From positions 1,364,001 to 1,428,000 of the forward strand of contig MU058387.1 in assembly GCA_013265495.1 (NCBI GenBank): a DNA stretch of 64,000 nucleotides. The letters run 5' to 3'. Positions 22,846 to 36,239 of this stretch are shown here, piece by piece (position 1 is the stretch's first letter; each line of letters starts with the position of its first letter). A program made the position numbers and the translations under genes. Below the pieces are notes generated by a model that worked only from the letters and a program-made list of their open reading frames with translations, had not been told where the DNA came from and ran no database searches. Source of the DNA: Vicugna vicugna (taxonomy: Eukaryota).

Positions 22846-24499
22846 ATTCCATATGATACCGAGGAGCTGGTTGTATTAAAGATACAGCAAGGTGGACTGG
22901 CCACCACAGTCACACACGTGCTGTTCAGACCATGGTCTAGTGCTCGGAATCCCAGCCATCCTTGTGAGAGTCTCGGTGAGCAGGGGATTGAACCCAAACT
23001 GTGTGGCTTGGTGGTTCTGCCAGCACTGCATTCTCAGCCACTTCTCTGGACAATGACGAAGCTCTCCATACTCCATGGAAGAAGCAGGAAGTGGTACTTA
23101 GACTACACCAGATGCCCACTTCTTTCAAAAAAAAATAGAAGCCAGTGAGACAGAGGGCAGACTGAATAATACCAGGTCAAAATCATTGACTCTTTTTTTC
23201 ACATTCCCAGAACCGTCTACTGTGTTACCTTATTCAGCTACAACTTTCTCAGCAAACTTCAGCCTAGTTTCCTCTTTCCTGACCCATATATTTATAGTAG
23301 GGAAAACAGAAAAAATAAATAAATAAAATGGGTAGGGATCTGGGATTTTCTGAAGCTGAGTATATCAACTTTCAAAATCTCTGGACTTTAGATATGAGTT
23401 AAGGTAGACAAGAGTATGTGCAAGTCCTCACTTTTCTTCTGTCTACATAGTGGTAAAATGGTTTTATGATGGCTGGCTCACGAAATCTCCTGAGTGTGGG
23501 CTGTTTGATGCCAATATTGGGTATAAATTACCTGAAAGTATGTGAGTATATGCGTGTGCATGTGTGATTTGTTTTATTACTGGTTTTATGGATCTGTTTC
23601 TTTAAGATGTCTGACTATTAACTTCAGATAAAAAGTATTCTCGACAACTCCTAGTTTTATTCTTTTTCTTATTATTTTGAATTCATGGCATTCATTTCTG
23701 GGTGATAATAGGTACTTTTGCACTCTGTTAGTAATCTTCTTAGGGCAAAAAGCCCCCCTCCCCCCTTTTTTTTTTTTGCTATTTGTTCTTATTCTTCAAA
23801 CAATTATTTTCTAGGATTTTCATCAAACTGGTTCAGTTCCAGAACTTTTAAGTCAAGGTCAAGGCAACTGAATAAGAAAAGCCATTGTCTGGCTCTGATA
23901 TTCATGATATAATTTGGGTTTTACACATAAACTTTTGTCTAACTGTGAACCACTTTGAATTCCAGAGTGAGATAGTTGGATAAATGATAAAGAATAACTT
24001 GGCAGGTTCTAGTGCAAAGCCCAACACAGGAACAAACTGGGAATATCAAAGATGAGGAATAAGGTGTGGGAGAAGTTACGAAGTGTTGAGGGGTTGGAGG
24101 AGGAAGGATAAACAGAGCTTCTTGCGTGTAGACATGGAAGGCAAGATGAGCTGGTTGGCCACCATGCAGGTCATGAGGCTGCAGCCAACAGAGTTATACC
24201 TGCAGGTCGCAGCGTTCTTATGGTATGCACAGAGTTGTGGTCTGGCGTGCTTAAAGAACGCGCGCAGTGTGGCGGACAAACTGACTAAGCTGGGCATGTT
24301 TGCATTCATCAGAATACATCTCATTGGAAGAGGCCAGAATGGGTTAATTGGAAAGAATAAAATGTAGCTAAAACATAGTGCCTCCTGGACACAGTGTAAT
24401 TGGCTCCCACTGGCACTCAGGGCCATGTGCCAGGTGCTGGTGTTGGCAGGGAATGAGTTCTCAATTAGGCTCATCTAGCCACTTCTTGCCACCAGCGCT

Positions 24500-25215
24500 G
24501 CCGATGCTCTGGTCGTTGGCCTAGATTATTGCAATAACCTCCTAACAAGTCCCTCTGCTACTCCTCTTGCCCCTTTACAGTCTCCTTGCCATATGTCAGC
24601 CCAAGAGATCCCATCAATTTGTTAAGTTGCATTACATCACTCTTCTGCTCAATGAACGCAAATAGTTCCCTCTGACTCAGTAAAAGCCAAAGTTTTCATG
24701 GCTCATAAGGTGCCATTTGTTCTGCTTTCCCCCACTCCTTAGTGCTTTGACCTTAAATCCTACTTCCCTTTCCTTTCTGTCACAGGTGACACCTCACTGT
24801 GTCTCCAACAGGCAAGGCAAATATCTTCCTCAGGGCCTTTGTACTTGCTGCCGCCTCTCTGTGGCATGTATTTCCCAACGTAGGTACAGGCATGCTCCTG
24901 TATCCCCTCAGGACTCAGGTTCAGTGTCAGCTTCTCAGAGAGGCCTTTTGGACTGTTCTCTCTATAACTACAGGTCTCCTGGTTACTCGGAATCCATTTC
25001 TCCAGCTAAAATTTTCTGTATAGAAATTATCACTTCAAATGTATATACATACATGTACATATGTATGTGTGTGTATTTATTTTGTTTAATCATGTATCTC
25101 CTGGCACTTCAACACAAACTTTGTCCACTTTATTCATTAATTTATTGTAGCACCTAAAAGTGCCTGATATATATTATGTTCTCACTACATATTACATATT
25201 TGTTAAAGGAATGAC
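24500..25215 (+). mobile_element. L2a LINE 3' end
   Basis: cctagattattgcaataacctcctaac...cctcagggcctttgtacttgctg...agcacctaaaagtgcctga...atatttgttaaaggaatga. Confidence 0.85.
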
Positions 25216-25639
25216 TCCCTTTAATGCCCAGAGATGCCATCAATTACTATTGTATTTCTCTTAAGATATATACATATATTTAATCTCACATATGTTTTTG
25301 TGTGTATATCACTTTTGTTTAATCAGACAGAGGAGGAAAATAAAAAAAATACAAACAATGAAAAAGAGAAGAATAAGGAGAGAATAAGAAAAAAAATAAA
25401 GAGAAATGTCAACATTAAGAGGAACTAAAAAAAAGAGAGAAAATTTAAAGAAAATCCCAGAAAATGATTAAAGGAGAGACACTGGGTTAAAAGCTGTAAG
25501 GTCATCTTATCACCTTTAAGAGGAGATTTATAATTTTTAGGAGGATGTGAGCAGAATATAAAAGGGTTTAAAAGTTAAGCGGACCTAGGGAAGAGAGCCA
25601 GGGCTTCATGGGGAATTGGTGATACCAAGTCTGGGCAGG

Positions 25640-26560
25640 AAATGTACCTGAAGCATCCTATCGTATCAAAAATCACTTGAGAGTCCTTTTGGAGAGGATC
25701 CCATCGACCAAGGATGAGACAATTTGAACATAAATAAGAATAATAAATATTATGGAGTAAAAACATTAAATATGATTATATACATAAATTCATAATGCAA
25801 ACAAAATGAGCAAAGAAACAAACCTGCCTTCGTTGGGAGACACTAGGGCACAAGCCTTATTATTTTGAAACTGGTAAATCAGGCATTTACATTGACTTTT
25901 TGATACTAACTCTAAAACTAGTAAACCAGAGATTAAATGAAGGGAATTTTCTCTGTATAGAAGTTTTCATCTGATAAATAAACAAAACACTATAAAATTA
26001 AGAGTTATCATTTTTAAACTTTTATTTGAACTATTGGATCTAGGCATTGGCCATCAACAACTGCTAACATAAAAAAAGACACACAATATGTGTCTCCTGA
26101 TGGAAGAACGTGCCTTCTCCAATGAAGCAGTCTTGCCAGAAGAAACAAAACTGAACCTCATTAAGCCTCTATAAATGGCTATCGGTTTGCAGAGGAACAT
26201 ATTAACCCGCACCATGGGAATGTGATCAACGGGATGTAGACTGGGGGAAATTTACAGGACAAATGACCCAGTATTTTCTACATGTAAATCACAAGGCTAA
26301 ATAAATTGAACAGAACTTAGAAAAGAGACTTAAAGAAACATTGACCACTTACGTTGTTTGGATTTTATGTGGACTCTGATTCAAACAAATAAAAACTCAT
26401 AAACATAAAGAGACAATGAAAATTTGAACACTGAGTGGATGTTTAATGTTATTAAAATTTACTGTTAATTTATCTTAGGTGTAATAGGCATACATGAATA
26501 TTGTTGTCGCTTAAAATATTTATGGTTGAAAATATATGATGTCTGATGTTTTCTTCACAA
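25640..26560 (+). mobile_element. Old L1 3' region (L1MC4/5-like)
   Basis: ttattttgaaactggtaaa...ggatctaggcattggccatcaac...ctctgattcaaacaaat...atttgaacactgagtggat. Confidence 0.7.
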
Positions 26561-27789
26561 TGCTGTCCTCATTTTCCATCAAAATCTCCATCTAATAATT
26601 AACTGCTCCTGCTAAGCTTGTGTTTGCCAAAAGCAGAGGATTTGTGTGCAAGTGGTTTCCAAAAAAACAACAACCCAAAAACACACACACACATACTCTC
26701 AGGAGAGATCTACAAGTTTGTGTAAGCAGAAAAGGGAAGAAGAAGGAGCAACAATAGGGAAAGAAAAACTTACAAATAAAAATATAATTTAACACTAAGT
26801 TATATTTCTAGCCATTCTTATTCTCCACAACTAGGTTATAATCTTCTTGATAAATAAAAGAAAAAAAATCTCTAATAATTTCTTGTAATCCTGGTGACCT
26901 TTCCATAAGCGGTGTTCAGTAATATTTGTTACTGCTAAGTAAGCATATATCTTAAATTGAGTTTTTTTTTTGGTTTAATTTTATAATTATATTTCTCAAA
27001 GCATAACATAACCCTCCCTTCTTTGCCCCATCATGTAGCACTAGTGTGAATTATAATTTTCCACTCAAACTGCTGAAGAAGTCCTTTGACCATTATCCCT
27101 AAAGATACACAGTCCACAAGTAATCTTCCTTCTTCATTGGTATGTCCATACTGAAATGGATTTTATAAAAACTCAAAGAATATTCAAAACTCCTTAAGTG
27201 GGCACACATGATCCTCTAGAATTAGGGATCAGCCACTTTTCTATCTTTATCTTCCCATCTTTCCTCATCCAAATCATCTTTTTCAATCAAATAAATCTAT
27301 GCAGAGTCTCTTGAATATACCTTGGTTTTTTTTCTATTTTTATTTGCTGCTTCAGTGAAAATTAAATCAAGTGTGTGTGAAGGGATTTTATCAGATTTGG
27401 ATTGGAAAATAAAAAGCTCCTTGTTGCTATGTCTTCAAGATGCCAATTGAGGGACTATTTGCTTTTTTATCTCCTAAGGTATTTTTTTTTCTGCTTTTGA
27501 AACTTTTTACCAAGCTGTTAAGCCTAGTGGAATAAAATTGTGAAATTGGGTGAACTCCCATTATATACATAATTTTCAACCTCATGTGAGCCTCTCAAAT
27601 GCTCAGTGATTTTTGTTTCTTTTGGATTTCTTCCACAGTTTCCGTTTTTTTGTCACTTTCTCCAAGTACCAGAGATGCCCCTAATACTTCCGTCTCTTGC
27701 TTGTCACTAACAGGAACATCATAATTCAGAGATTGATGTCTTGTAATTTCCCTCAAAATCCCCGTCTAATAATTAGTCCTTGCTCCTCA

Positions 27790-27980
27790 GCCTGTATTTG
27801 CAGAAGCAGAGCCTAAGACAAGGGTTGTGTGCAAAGGATTTCCTAAGGAAGTGCTCCTAGGAGATACCCATAAGGTTGTGGAATCACGAGAGTGAAGGAG
27901 AAGAAGCCAAATGAGATAAAGTTGTACTTTCAGCCAGATTCTGCAGAGCAGCACAGAAGTTTACCTGTACATTGAAGAGT
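27790..27980 (-). mobile_element. LTR16-like ERVL LTR fragment
   Basis: cagaagcagagcctaagacaagggttgtgtgcaaaggattt...ggaagtgctcctaggaga. Confidence 0.6.
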
Positions 27981-28074
27981 ATTTCAGTTGGAGATCTGGA
28001 CAAGACTCAAGGTGTCTGGAGATGGGACGTCTGCAGGAATCCAGTCAGCTTCATGGTCACAGGAACTCAGAGTG

Positions 28075-28282
28075 GCGAAGAGTGTGGTATCATGAGTCAG
28101 AGGGCTGAGGCTTAAATTGTAAATCCTGGCTCCTCTGCTTACTGTGCCTCAGCATTCTCATATGAGAAATGGCAATAATACTGGCATTCCCCTCACAGAG
28201 GTGTCAGGGGGACTAAATGAGGCAATGCAGTTATGAAGCATTTAGAACAAGGCTGGAGTCATAAGGCTTGAACAAATATTAG
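28075..28282 (+). mobile_element. MIR SINE
   Basis: aaatcctggctcctctgcttactgtgcctcagcattctcatatgagaaatggcaataata. Confidence 0.75.
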
Positions 28283-28774
28283 GACTGGCTGGTAACTGAT
28301 GCTTTAATTGAGAGATGCCCTGAAATATAGGCTCTGTTTTAAAGGATCCAAGAAGTCAGTGGTAAATATAGATAGTAAACAACATACGCCTGAGCAGCAG
28401 ATGGTGGTTATGAAGGAGTTCACCAAAGAGGTGGGGACTGTCTTCGGTGGTTTCCCTAGGTAGCAAACTCTGAGATGCTGATTGGCACGCAGTGAGGAAT
28501 ACTCTTGAGAACTGCACCTGTGGAGGCCAAGAGAAGCAAAAACGGCATCTTTAGTGATACGGGGGAAACAACATGGATGTCACTTTCTGGACAAAAATAC
28601 CTGAATATGAGGCACAGTCTCAAAGCACGACTTGGATGGAGGCAGCTGAATCTCATGATGGACTATATCAAGAGGAGTTTGAGGCCAAGTACAAGATGCT
28701 GACTGCTGTACACAAAGTGTTAGGGAAGAGTAGAGAGAATGTGAAGGGTAACTTGATTATATAGACTGAGTTAC

Positions 28775-28940
28775 CTCATTTAATTCTCACAACAACCCTG
28801 TAAGATATGGGTAATCCTCGCTTTAGAGATGATAAAGCTTAGGTGAAGTTTAAGTAATGTGTCCAAGTTAACACGTCTACTAAGGGGAACAGTTGTGACT
28901 AATGCCCAGACCATTCTAACTCCAGTGCCTGTGTTCTTAT
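28775..28940 (-). mobile_element. MIR SINE
   Basis: ctcatttaattctcacaacaaccctgtaaga...tttagagatgataaag...aagtaatgtgtccaagttaacac. Confidence 0.8.
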
Positions 28941-31654
28941 CTTCAACCTGAAATTTTAGTTTTAAGCTTTCAGGGCTACAAAGGAATTATCATCAGGGTA
29001 CCTGACTGTATGGTTCATGAGGACATGGCCTGTTGATGGACTACATCCAGTATGAAGACGCTCCTCTCACATACAGAGTCACAACTCTGGAGTTAGAATT
29101 CTGTCCTGAGTGTTAAACATTTTTAGTGAAAATCCAGGATCGATGCAGAATCTCTACAAAGTTTTTGTTCTATCTGTGCCATAACTCAGCCTCTAACGGA
29201 ACTGAGGGATATGAAGCTGAGGTTCTTGTTGGTAAAACTGTGCTAACAGTGGGTTCCAAAGAGCATGGGATTGATCAAGTCCCTTGGTCTCAAGCATAGA
29301 AGCAAAGAAGTACAGATATAGTAATATTTTTTGCATTTCATTGTTAATATGTTAGCAAGCACGAGACCATTTTCATCCAGCTACTGTATCAGTGCCAATT
29401 TAGGGACAGAATGAGAGTAATTGGCTCAATATGCCTGTAGTCACCTGTTTATCTCAAACACGGAGAGGCATGTTGGCAACTTAGATGAAAATGAATGCTG
29501 TTCATAATCAAATAAAAAGGCAGCACCTCCAAAGAATGTCCTTGCATTTGAACTTCCCCCCATGCCTTAATTAACTGGCTGGAATTGCTTTTCCAAGTAT
29601 CATCTTACTCAGATTTTTTAAATGCAGGATGTTCCATTTGTACAAGACTTTGGCTCTTTTATTCAAAATGGAAACATTTATTTTAGAGAGAATTTTTATG
29701 AAGATAAAAGTACAAATCCTAGTAAATTTTAAATTCAGAATGAATGCCTGGAATCTCACCCATATATAGAAGAACTGTGAAAAAAGTGTCACTATCAATG
29801 CAATAGACTAAAACCATGAAAGTGGCATACCACAACTATTAAGCAGACTTAAAGAAAAGAAGCTAAGAAAAAAAAAAGGCTTGTTTTGAACAATGATTGT
29901 TCAGATTTTTGTTAAGTAGTATTCTGGTAACTTATAAAGCCCCAGAATGCTTTATAAATGTGTGATTTGGGGAGTAAGTAGAAAAACAGGTTCAAATCAT
30001 ATCATGTTTTAGCTGAATTTTTATTTAAATGATGGAGTAAGAGATCTTTACAAAAAGAAAATAAAAATTAAAAAAAACTCTAAAAAGCTTAACATATGGA
30101 CTTGGACATAAATAGATGCTCAACTAATTCTTATTATGCAACATAAATTTAGGGAAAGTATGAGTTTAGCAATCAGATAAGCATGAATTAAAATTCCAAT
30201 TAGAAAATTTATGACTGCACATGGCTTATTTAACTTTTTATTTGTCAGTTTCTGCACTTACAATAGAGAATCTACTTCAGCAAAAAAGAAGAGAAATAAA
30301 AGAATCTAACATGAAAGAATCTAAAGTTATACTTTTCACAAAGTGGACACATTAACTCATTTCATATTTGAATAAATAGTGAGGCTGAAATTCTCATTTC
30401 AAAACCAACTTCAAGTTGTAATTGACAGTACTGGCAGATTGATAAAGATGTCTATTGGAGATGATAGCCAAGCTGACACATTTCCAATGCGGACAGACAA
30501 CCTCAGACAGGTGTGGTAGCATGGCGTTTGGTAGCTGTTCCCTGATAAGCACAGGAGGCTTTGAGAGAAATTCTAGAGACAAAACACCTTACAGAGTAAT
30601 TCAGTTTATTTTATGGGCTCTGAAATGTACCAGATACTTCAACTGTTTAATTTTAAGTTTAAAATTTTATTCAATTTATTCTTTTAAAACTTATACATAA
30701 TTAAATAATGGCACAATGAAGTGGATGACTACATAACTGGGTGAATGAATAACTTCCTAATTGAACTTGAAAAGTGAACTTGACCAGGACTGTTCATTGT
30801 AAAATTCTTAGCCATTTACAGAAACCATTCCAGCTTCTCATTCCTACAAGTCTGAATGTTACATATTTCAATAACAACATAAGAATCTATTTAAGGAAAA
30901 TGAAGTTGAGAAAGAAGACAGTGTAAATTAATTTGAGTGACACTGCATCCATCTAGGTGACATCAGTCTTTATTAAGAAGCCACCAGACTTCTTGAGATC
31001 ATTTTAGTCAACAAATCATATAGTTCAAGGCAGAACTGTGCTGCATGCCTGTTTGTAGATATCAAACATATGCAAGGTATCATAATATGATCTCTCTCTC
31101 CCCACATTAGCAAAAATTAGTATTTGATTAATGGATTATATGATTAAAGACACACTTTTCTCCAGTTCCATATGGTGTCTTTTAAAGATATAAGTTTCAC
31201 TAGAAAACTAAAGAGGCTAGTGACATTTCCAGTTTTCATCTTGATACTATCTCAATATTCTAATTTTGAGAATCTTTTAAATAGTATGATAAAGAATTAT
31301 TTTATACATATTGTTTACATAGAAACCTGTCTGTATATTTTTTATTAAATAAGTGGATAGACACAGCAAAAAAAGCAAAAAACAGAAAACAATTTGTGAA
31401 GGTACTTTGAAATTCAATCAAAAGAGTTTGGACATGTTTCTATACACAAGTTGTATGAGGAGAAAATAACTTAAATACATTTTATTAGATTAAGTTAAAT
31501 AGAGTATTTGTTGTGAATCTCGGTGCTACAATGTAGACAACAGCTGGGATTCAAATATACTTGAGAATTTTTAAATAATGTTTCTATTTTATATTAAGAA
31601 AAAAGTGAGAGAGAAAAAAATCTTAATCTACAGTAGCTTTGAAAGAACCATGTA

Positions 31655-34600
31655 GGACTTCTGAAATGGCAAATTGAAGAAACTGACAAATTCTCTTCTC
31701 CAAAAGCAAAGATAGAAACTGGGTAATTGTCAGAAATATGTCCATTTAAAGACTCTAAAAAATGATCAAAAGCATAGAATAAATGAACAACATGAACTTT
31801 AAAAAATGGACTTATACTCAGTAAAAACTCTGAGGAACTAAGAAATTTTGGCCAAAGGCTGCTTTGTTCTTCCCCAATCCAGCTCCATTGCCCAGAAGTT
31901 CTACCTAGGAATGCCCGGCAGGGGTGAGGACTAGCAGAGTCAGTGGCAGGCGGGCTGCCTGCAACAGCACTGTGTGCAAAATAAGAAGAGCTCGGAGGGG
32001 GCCCTAACGAACTACTGGGTTTTAGGCCTTAAGATGCAGAAAGTAAAACCTAGGACAGACTAATCAACTGCCAAACTTATAATGCATCCTGCAACCTAGG
32101 GATCTATTGGCAAAATATGAAAGCCCTTTTGTTTCCAGGTGTTTTAAGTTTAACCTATAAATGAACATTCAATGATGACTGAGCCATGCTGACCCAAGAA
32201 CTTCACCAAAGAAGCCAAGCTTAAAACTAAAAACAGTAAGTTAAAAGATGAAAAAGAGAGACAAAAACCTGAGCAGAGACATGACTCATCATACGGGCCA
32301 TTCATTAGTCCATGCAAGTTACTAAATGGAAAACTAATAAACAAATATAAAAATAGGAACAAATATCAACCCTGGTGGCAGGAATCAGAGTGTAGAAGCA
32401 CTGCAATATATTATCTAAAAAGTCCAGTTTTCAACAAAAAAATTATGAGGTATGTTAAGGAACAATCATTTTTGACCCATTAAGAATCATATGGTAATGT
32501 CTAGAGCAACCACTAAGAGAACACCTAACATACACAGTAAATAATTCAACAAAACAAGTTTAAGTGGCACATAAAATAATTATGAATTTAACACTGAGAA
32601 AGGCATAGTAAATGAGGAATGAGAAAGAAAGAGAAATAGAGAGAGACATACAGGAAACAAATAGCAAAATGGCAGATACAAATCCAGCTGTTCAGTAATG
32701 ATATTAAGTATGCATGGGTTAAAAACTCAAATCAAAAGGCAGAGATAGTCAGACAAGATGAAAAACAAAAACAAAAGCAAGAAACCCCCAAATATACGCT
32801 GTCTATAAGAGGTACTCTTTAGCTTTAAAGACCCTAATAAATCAACATTGAAAGCCTAGAAGAGAGAAATGATGCAAACATTAACCATGAGGGAACTGGA
32901 GTAACTATACTAATATCAGACAAAAGAGACAGGAAGAAATGTTTCTCTATACAAGACGGACATTTCATATTGATAAAAGATCAATTCAGTTGGAAGATAC
33001 AACAATTATAAACATCAAAACACATATGAAGCAGATTTACCCAATTAGAGGGAGAAGTAGAAAATTTCACAAAAATATTTGTGGAGATTCAGTGTCCTAC
33101 TTTCAACAATAGCTAGATCAACTAGAGTGAAAATCAGCAAGACTATTTAAAACTTGAAACATTAGATTATAAGGACACTATCAATGGAGACGACTGAGCT
33201 GATGTTTACAGAGCGTTCCACGCAACAGCAGCAGAAAACAAACAAACAAACAAACAAAAACCCAGGGAACATTCCTCAGAAAGGATGATCTGCTGGACCA
33301 TAAGAATTCTCAATAAATTTAGGATAACTGGATTTCTAGAAAGTACATTCTCTGATCAAAATGGAATTAAATCAGAAATTGGAAAGAAAAAAGAACTTGA
33401 GAAATCCAAAAAATATTTTAAAAGTAACCAACATACTTCTAAACAGTCAAATGAATCAAAAAAGAAATCACAAAAGAAATCAGAAAATATTTTGAGTTGA
33501 ATAAAAATGAAGACACAATATAACAAAATTCATGGCATGTATCTAAAATAGTGCTTAAAGGAAAATGTATAACTGAAATGCCTATATTAGAAAAAAGACA
33601 CATCTCAAACTAATAACTTATGAATCTATCTTTAAAAAGCTAGAAAATAAAGAACAAATTCACCAAAACAAGAAGAAGGGAGAAAATAATAAAGCCATAA
33701 ATGGTATCAAATACTGAAAAATAATACAAAAAGGTGATTCCCAAAATTTTTCATTGAAAACAAGAAAATTATCAAATGTTTACTTAGAGTTGGCAAGAAA
33801 ATAAGAGAGTGGACACAAATTACTAAAAGTAGGAATAAAAGGAAACAATTCACTATTTTACAGAAATTAAAAGAATTAAAGGAAATATTATGAGTAACAT
33901 TTTGCCAACAAATTGAATTATGTGAATAAAATGAAAAAAATTTTCTAAAAAGATATAATTCACTAAATCAGAACCAAGAGAAAACTAGAGTATCTGAAGA
34001 GATATATAACAAATAAAGAAACTGAATTAGTGATTAAAGATCTCACAAATTAAAGACTAGCTCTTCATGGCTACACAGGAGAATTTCATTAATTATACAG
34101 AGCAAACAATAGCAATGCTTCATGAACTCTTCAAGAAACTAAAGAAAGAGAGAGAAATAGAAAAGTTTCTTCTAGAAAAAGAGGAGGAGGGAAATATTTT
34201 GGACTCTTTCTATCAGACAAATACTACCCTAGCCCTATCACTAAGGAAAAAAAGTTATCAATAGGGAAAAACAAACAAACAAACAGAAGTAGTCAATAGA
34301 TCTCATGAATATGGATGCAAAAATTCTCAACAACATATTAGAAAATAAATCCCACAGCACAGAGGAAGGATTATACACCATGCCCAAGAGGGATTTATCT
34401 CAGGAATGAGAGGTTGGTGTAATATTCCCCAAATCAATTAATGTCATGCACCATATTGGTAAAATAAAATACCCAAACTACATGATCCTATCAGTAAATG
34501 CAGAAATATATTTTGAAAAATCTTGTACCCATTCACGATCACTTTTAACAAATTAAGAATAGAAAGGGACTTCCTTAAACTGATAAAGAGCTTCTACCGA

Positions 34601-35555
34601 AGTCTTCTAGCTGTAGATTTTTCTGATTATAAGGGGGGAAGCACTTCGTGCTTCACCACTGAAGTGAAAAACTTTACTAGAAACAAACTTTACTGAAGTG
34701 ATGAAACACCAAATGCTTTCTGTTAAGATCGAGACAAAGCGGGAAAAAGGCAAGGATGCGTGCGCTTACCACTTCCATTCAACACCGTGTTCAAAAAAGG
34801 CAAAACAGCAAAACAAAACAAACAAAAACAACAGAAGAAAAAGATTGAAAAAAATAAAAGATACCCAGATTGGAAAAACACATGTAAGAATGTTTTTATT
34901 TGCAGATGCCCTGATCCTGTATGGGAAATGCCCAAATAAGATACAAACAGTTACTGAAACTTTTAAATATGGTCATGATAAGATTACAAGATTTAACACC
35001 AGCGTATAAATATTAGTCTTTTCCTATATACTAGCAATTAATACTTGTAAATGCAATTAGGAAAATAATTCTATTCACAATTGCATGAAAAGGAAGAAAA
35101 TACTTAGAAGTAACATCGAAAAAACAGTAGGGCAAGAGAATTGGGCACGTAGGCACTGAAAACTCCAAAAGGCTGCTGTGAGAAAGAAGATCCAAGTAAA
35201 TGCAGAGCTATTCCACGTTCGCAAACTGGAAAACTAAATGTTATTAAGTTGGAAATTTGCCACGAATTGATCTATAGATTTAATAGAATCACTCTCAAAA
35301 TCCCGGTAGGCCTTTTTTGTTTGTAGAAATTGACAAGTTGATTCTAAACTTTATAGGGAAATGCAAAGGACCCAGAAGAGTCAAAATTACATAACAAAGG
35401 AGAAGAAAGCCAGCACTTACACAAGCTCAATTTCAAAAATTATTATAAACATACAGTAATCAAGGCAGCGGGACACTGGCATAAGGATATGGTTATAGAT
35501 ACATTGAACAGAAGTAAGAGTTCAAAATTAAACTCTTTACATTTACGATCAAAAA
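31655..35555 (+). mobile_element. Old L1M element: 5' region, ORF1 largely deleted, decayed ORF2 (EN, Z, RT), 3' part missing
   Basis: ORF2 start-like aaaatggcagat at 32669; ttctctgatcaaaatggaattaaa (FSDQNGIK, EN end); tttgcagatg (FAD, RT active-site region); many stops and frameshifts. Confidence 0.9.
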
Positions 35556-35698
35556 GAGCAAAGCCACAGCTAGATTCATGTTCGAAGTTTTTGCCCGGTA
35601 ACAATCACCTGGGAAGTTTGTGAAAAACATAGTTACCGAGAGCAGCACGATCAAATCTGGTTCAAAGTTACATTAAAGTAATGCTAATTGTGAAGCAG

Positions 35699-35998
35699 TG
35701 TCAGAGATAAACACACCCTGAACACAGCAGGACTAATTTTAAAGCAGTGAGAACAGGTTTCACTCAGTAACAACTGACTGTGGGGAAAATGCTTAATTCC
35801 ATTCTGATTTGTTCAGAAGTGACTGAGCATTTTAAAAGGGAATGAGAGAGTAGGGAGGAGGAATGTCAGGGGCTGGAACAGCCGGGAAGTGAAAACTTTC
35901 AAAAAGCTAGAAGAGGGCGGGGTGGCTCCTGTGAAACCCATCTGGGTTTGCTAATGGGCATTTATCAAAATTAATTTCCTACCTTCACAAAGAGACTT
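35699..35998 (-). mobile_element. MER31/MER67-like ERV1 LTR fragment
   Basis: tgtcagagataaacacaccctgaacac...gggcggggtggctcctgtgaaacccatctgggtttgctaatggg. Confidence 0.55.
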
Positions 35999-36029
35999 TA
36001 TTTTTATGTAATTTTGCTGTCCCAAACTG

Positions 36030-36037
36030 CTATATAC

Positions 36038-36130
<93 letters not shown>
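36030..36130. repeat. Compound (TA)n(TG)n microsatellite
   Basis: Two alternating TA and TG blocks. Confidence 0.95.
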
Positions 36131-36239
36131 TTATTTCTTCTGGATTGAGCATCTCTCTTTCTGCAGTTGAGAGGTTGGGATGTTTTTCAGTTATGAATTA
36201 TAGTTGCAAACTTTCTCATTTTTGATTAGGTTGAAATAA

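Noticed and set aside
22982..22996. ggggattgaaccca as a tRNA/SINE B-box remnant
   Set aside because: Isolated short match with no cloverleaf or SINE body.
24076..24474. 132-aa and 94-aa ORFs as an exon or processed pseudogene
   Set aside because: No recognisable protein family, polyA tail, TSD or convincing splice sites.
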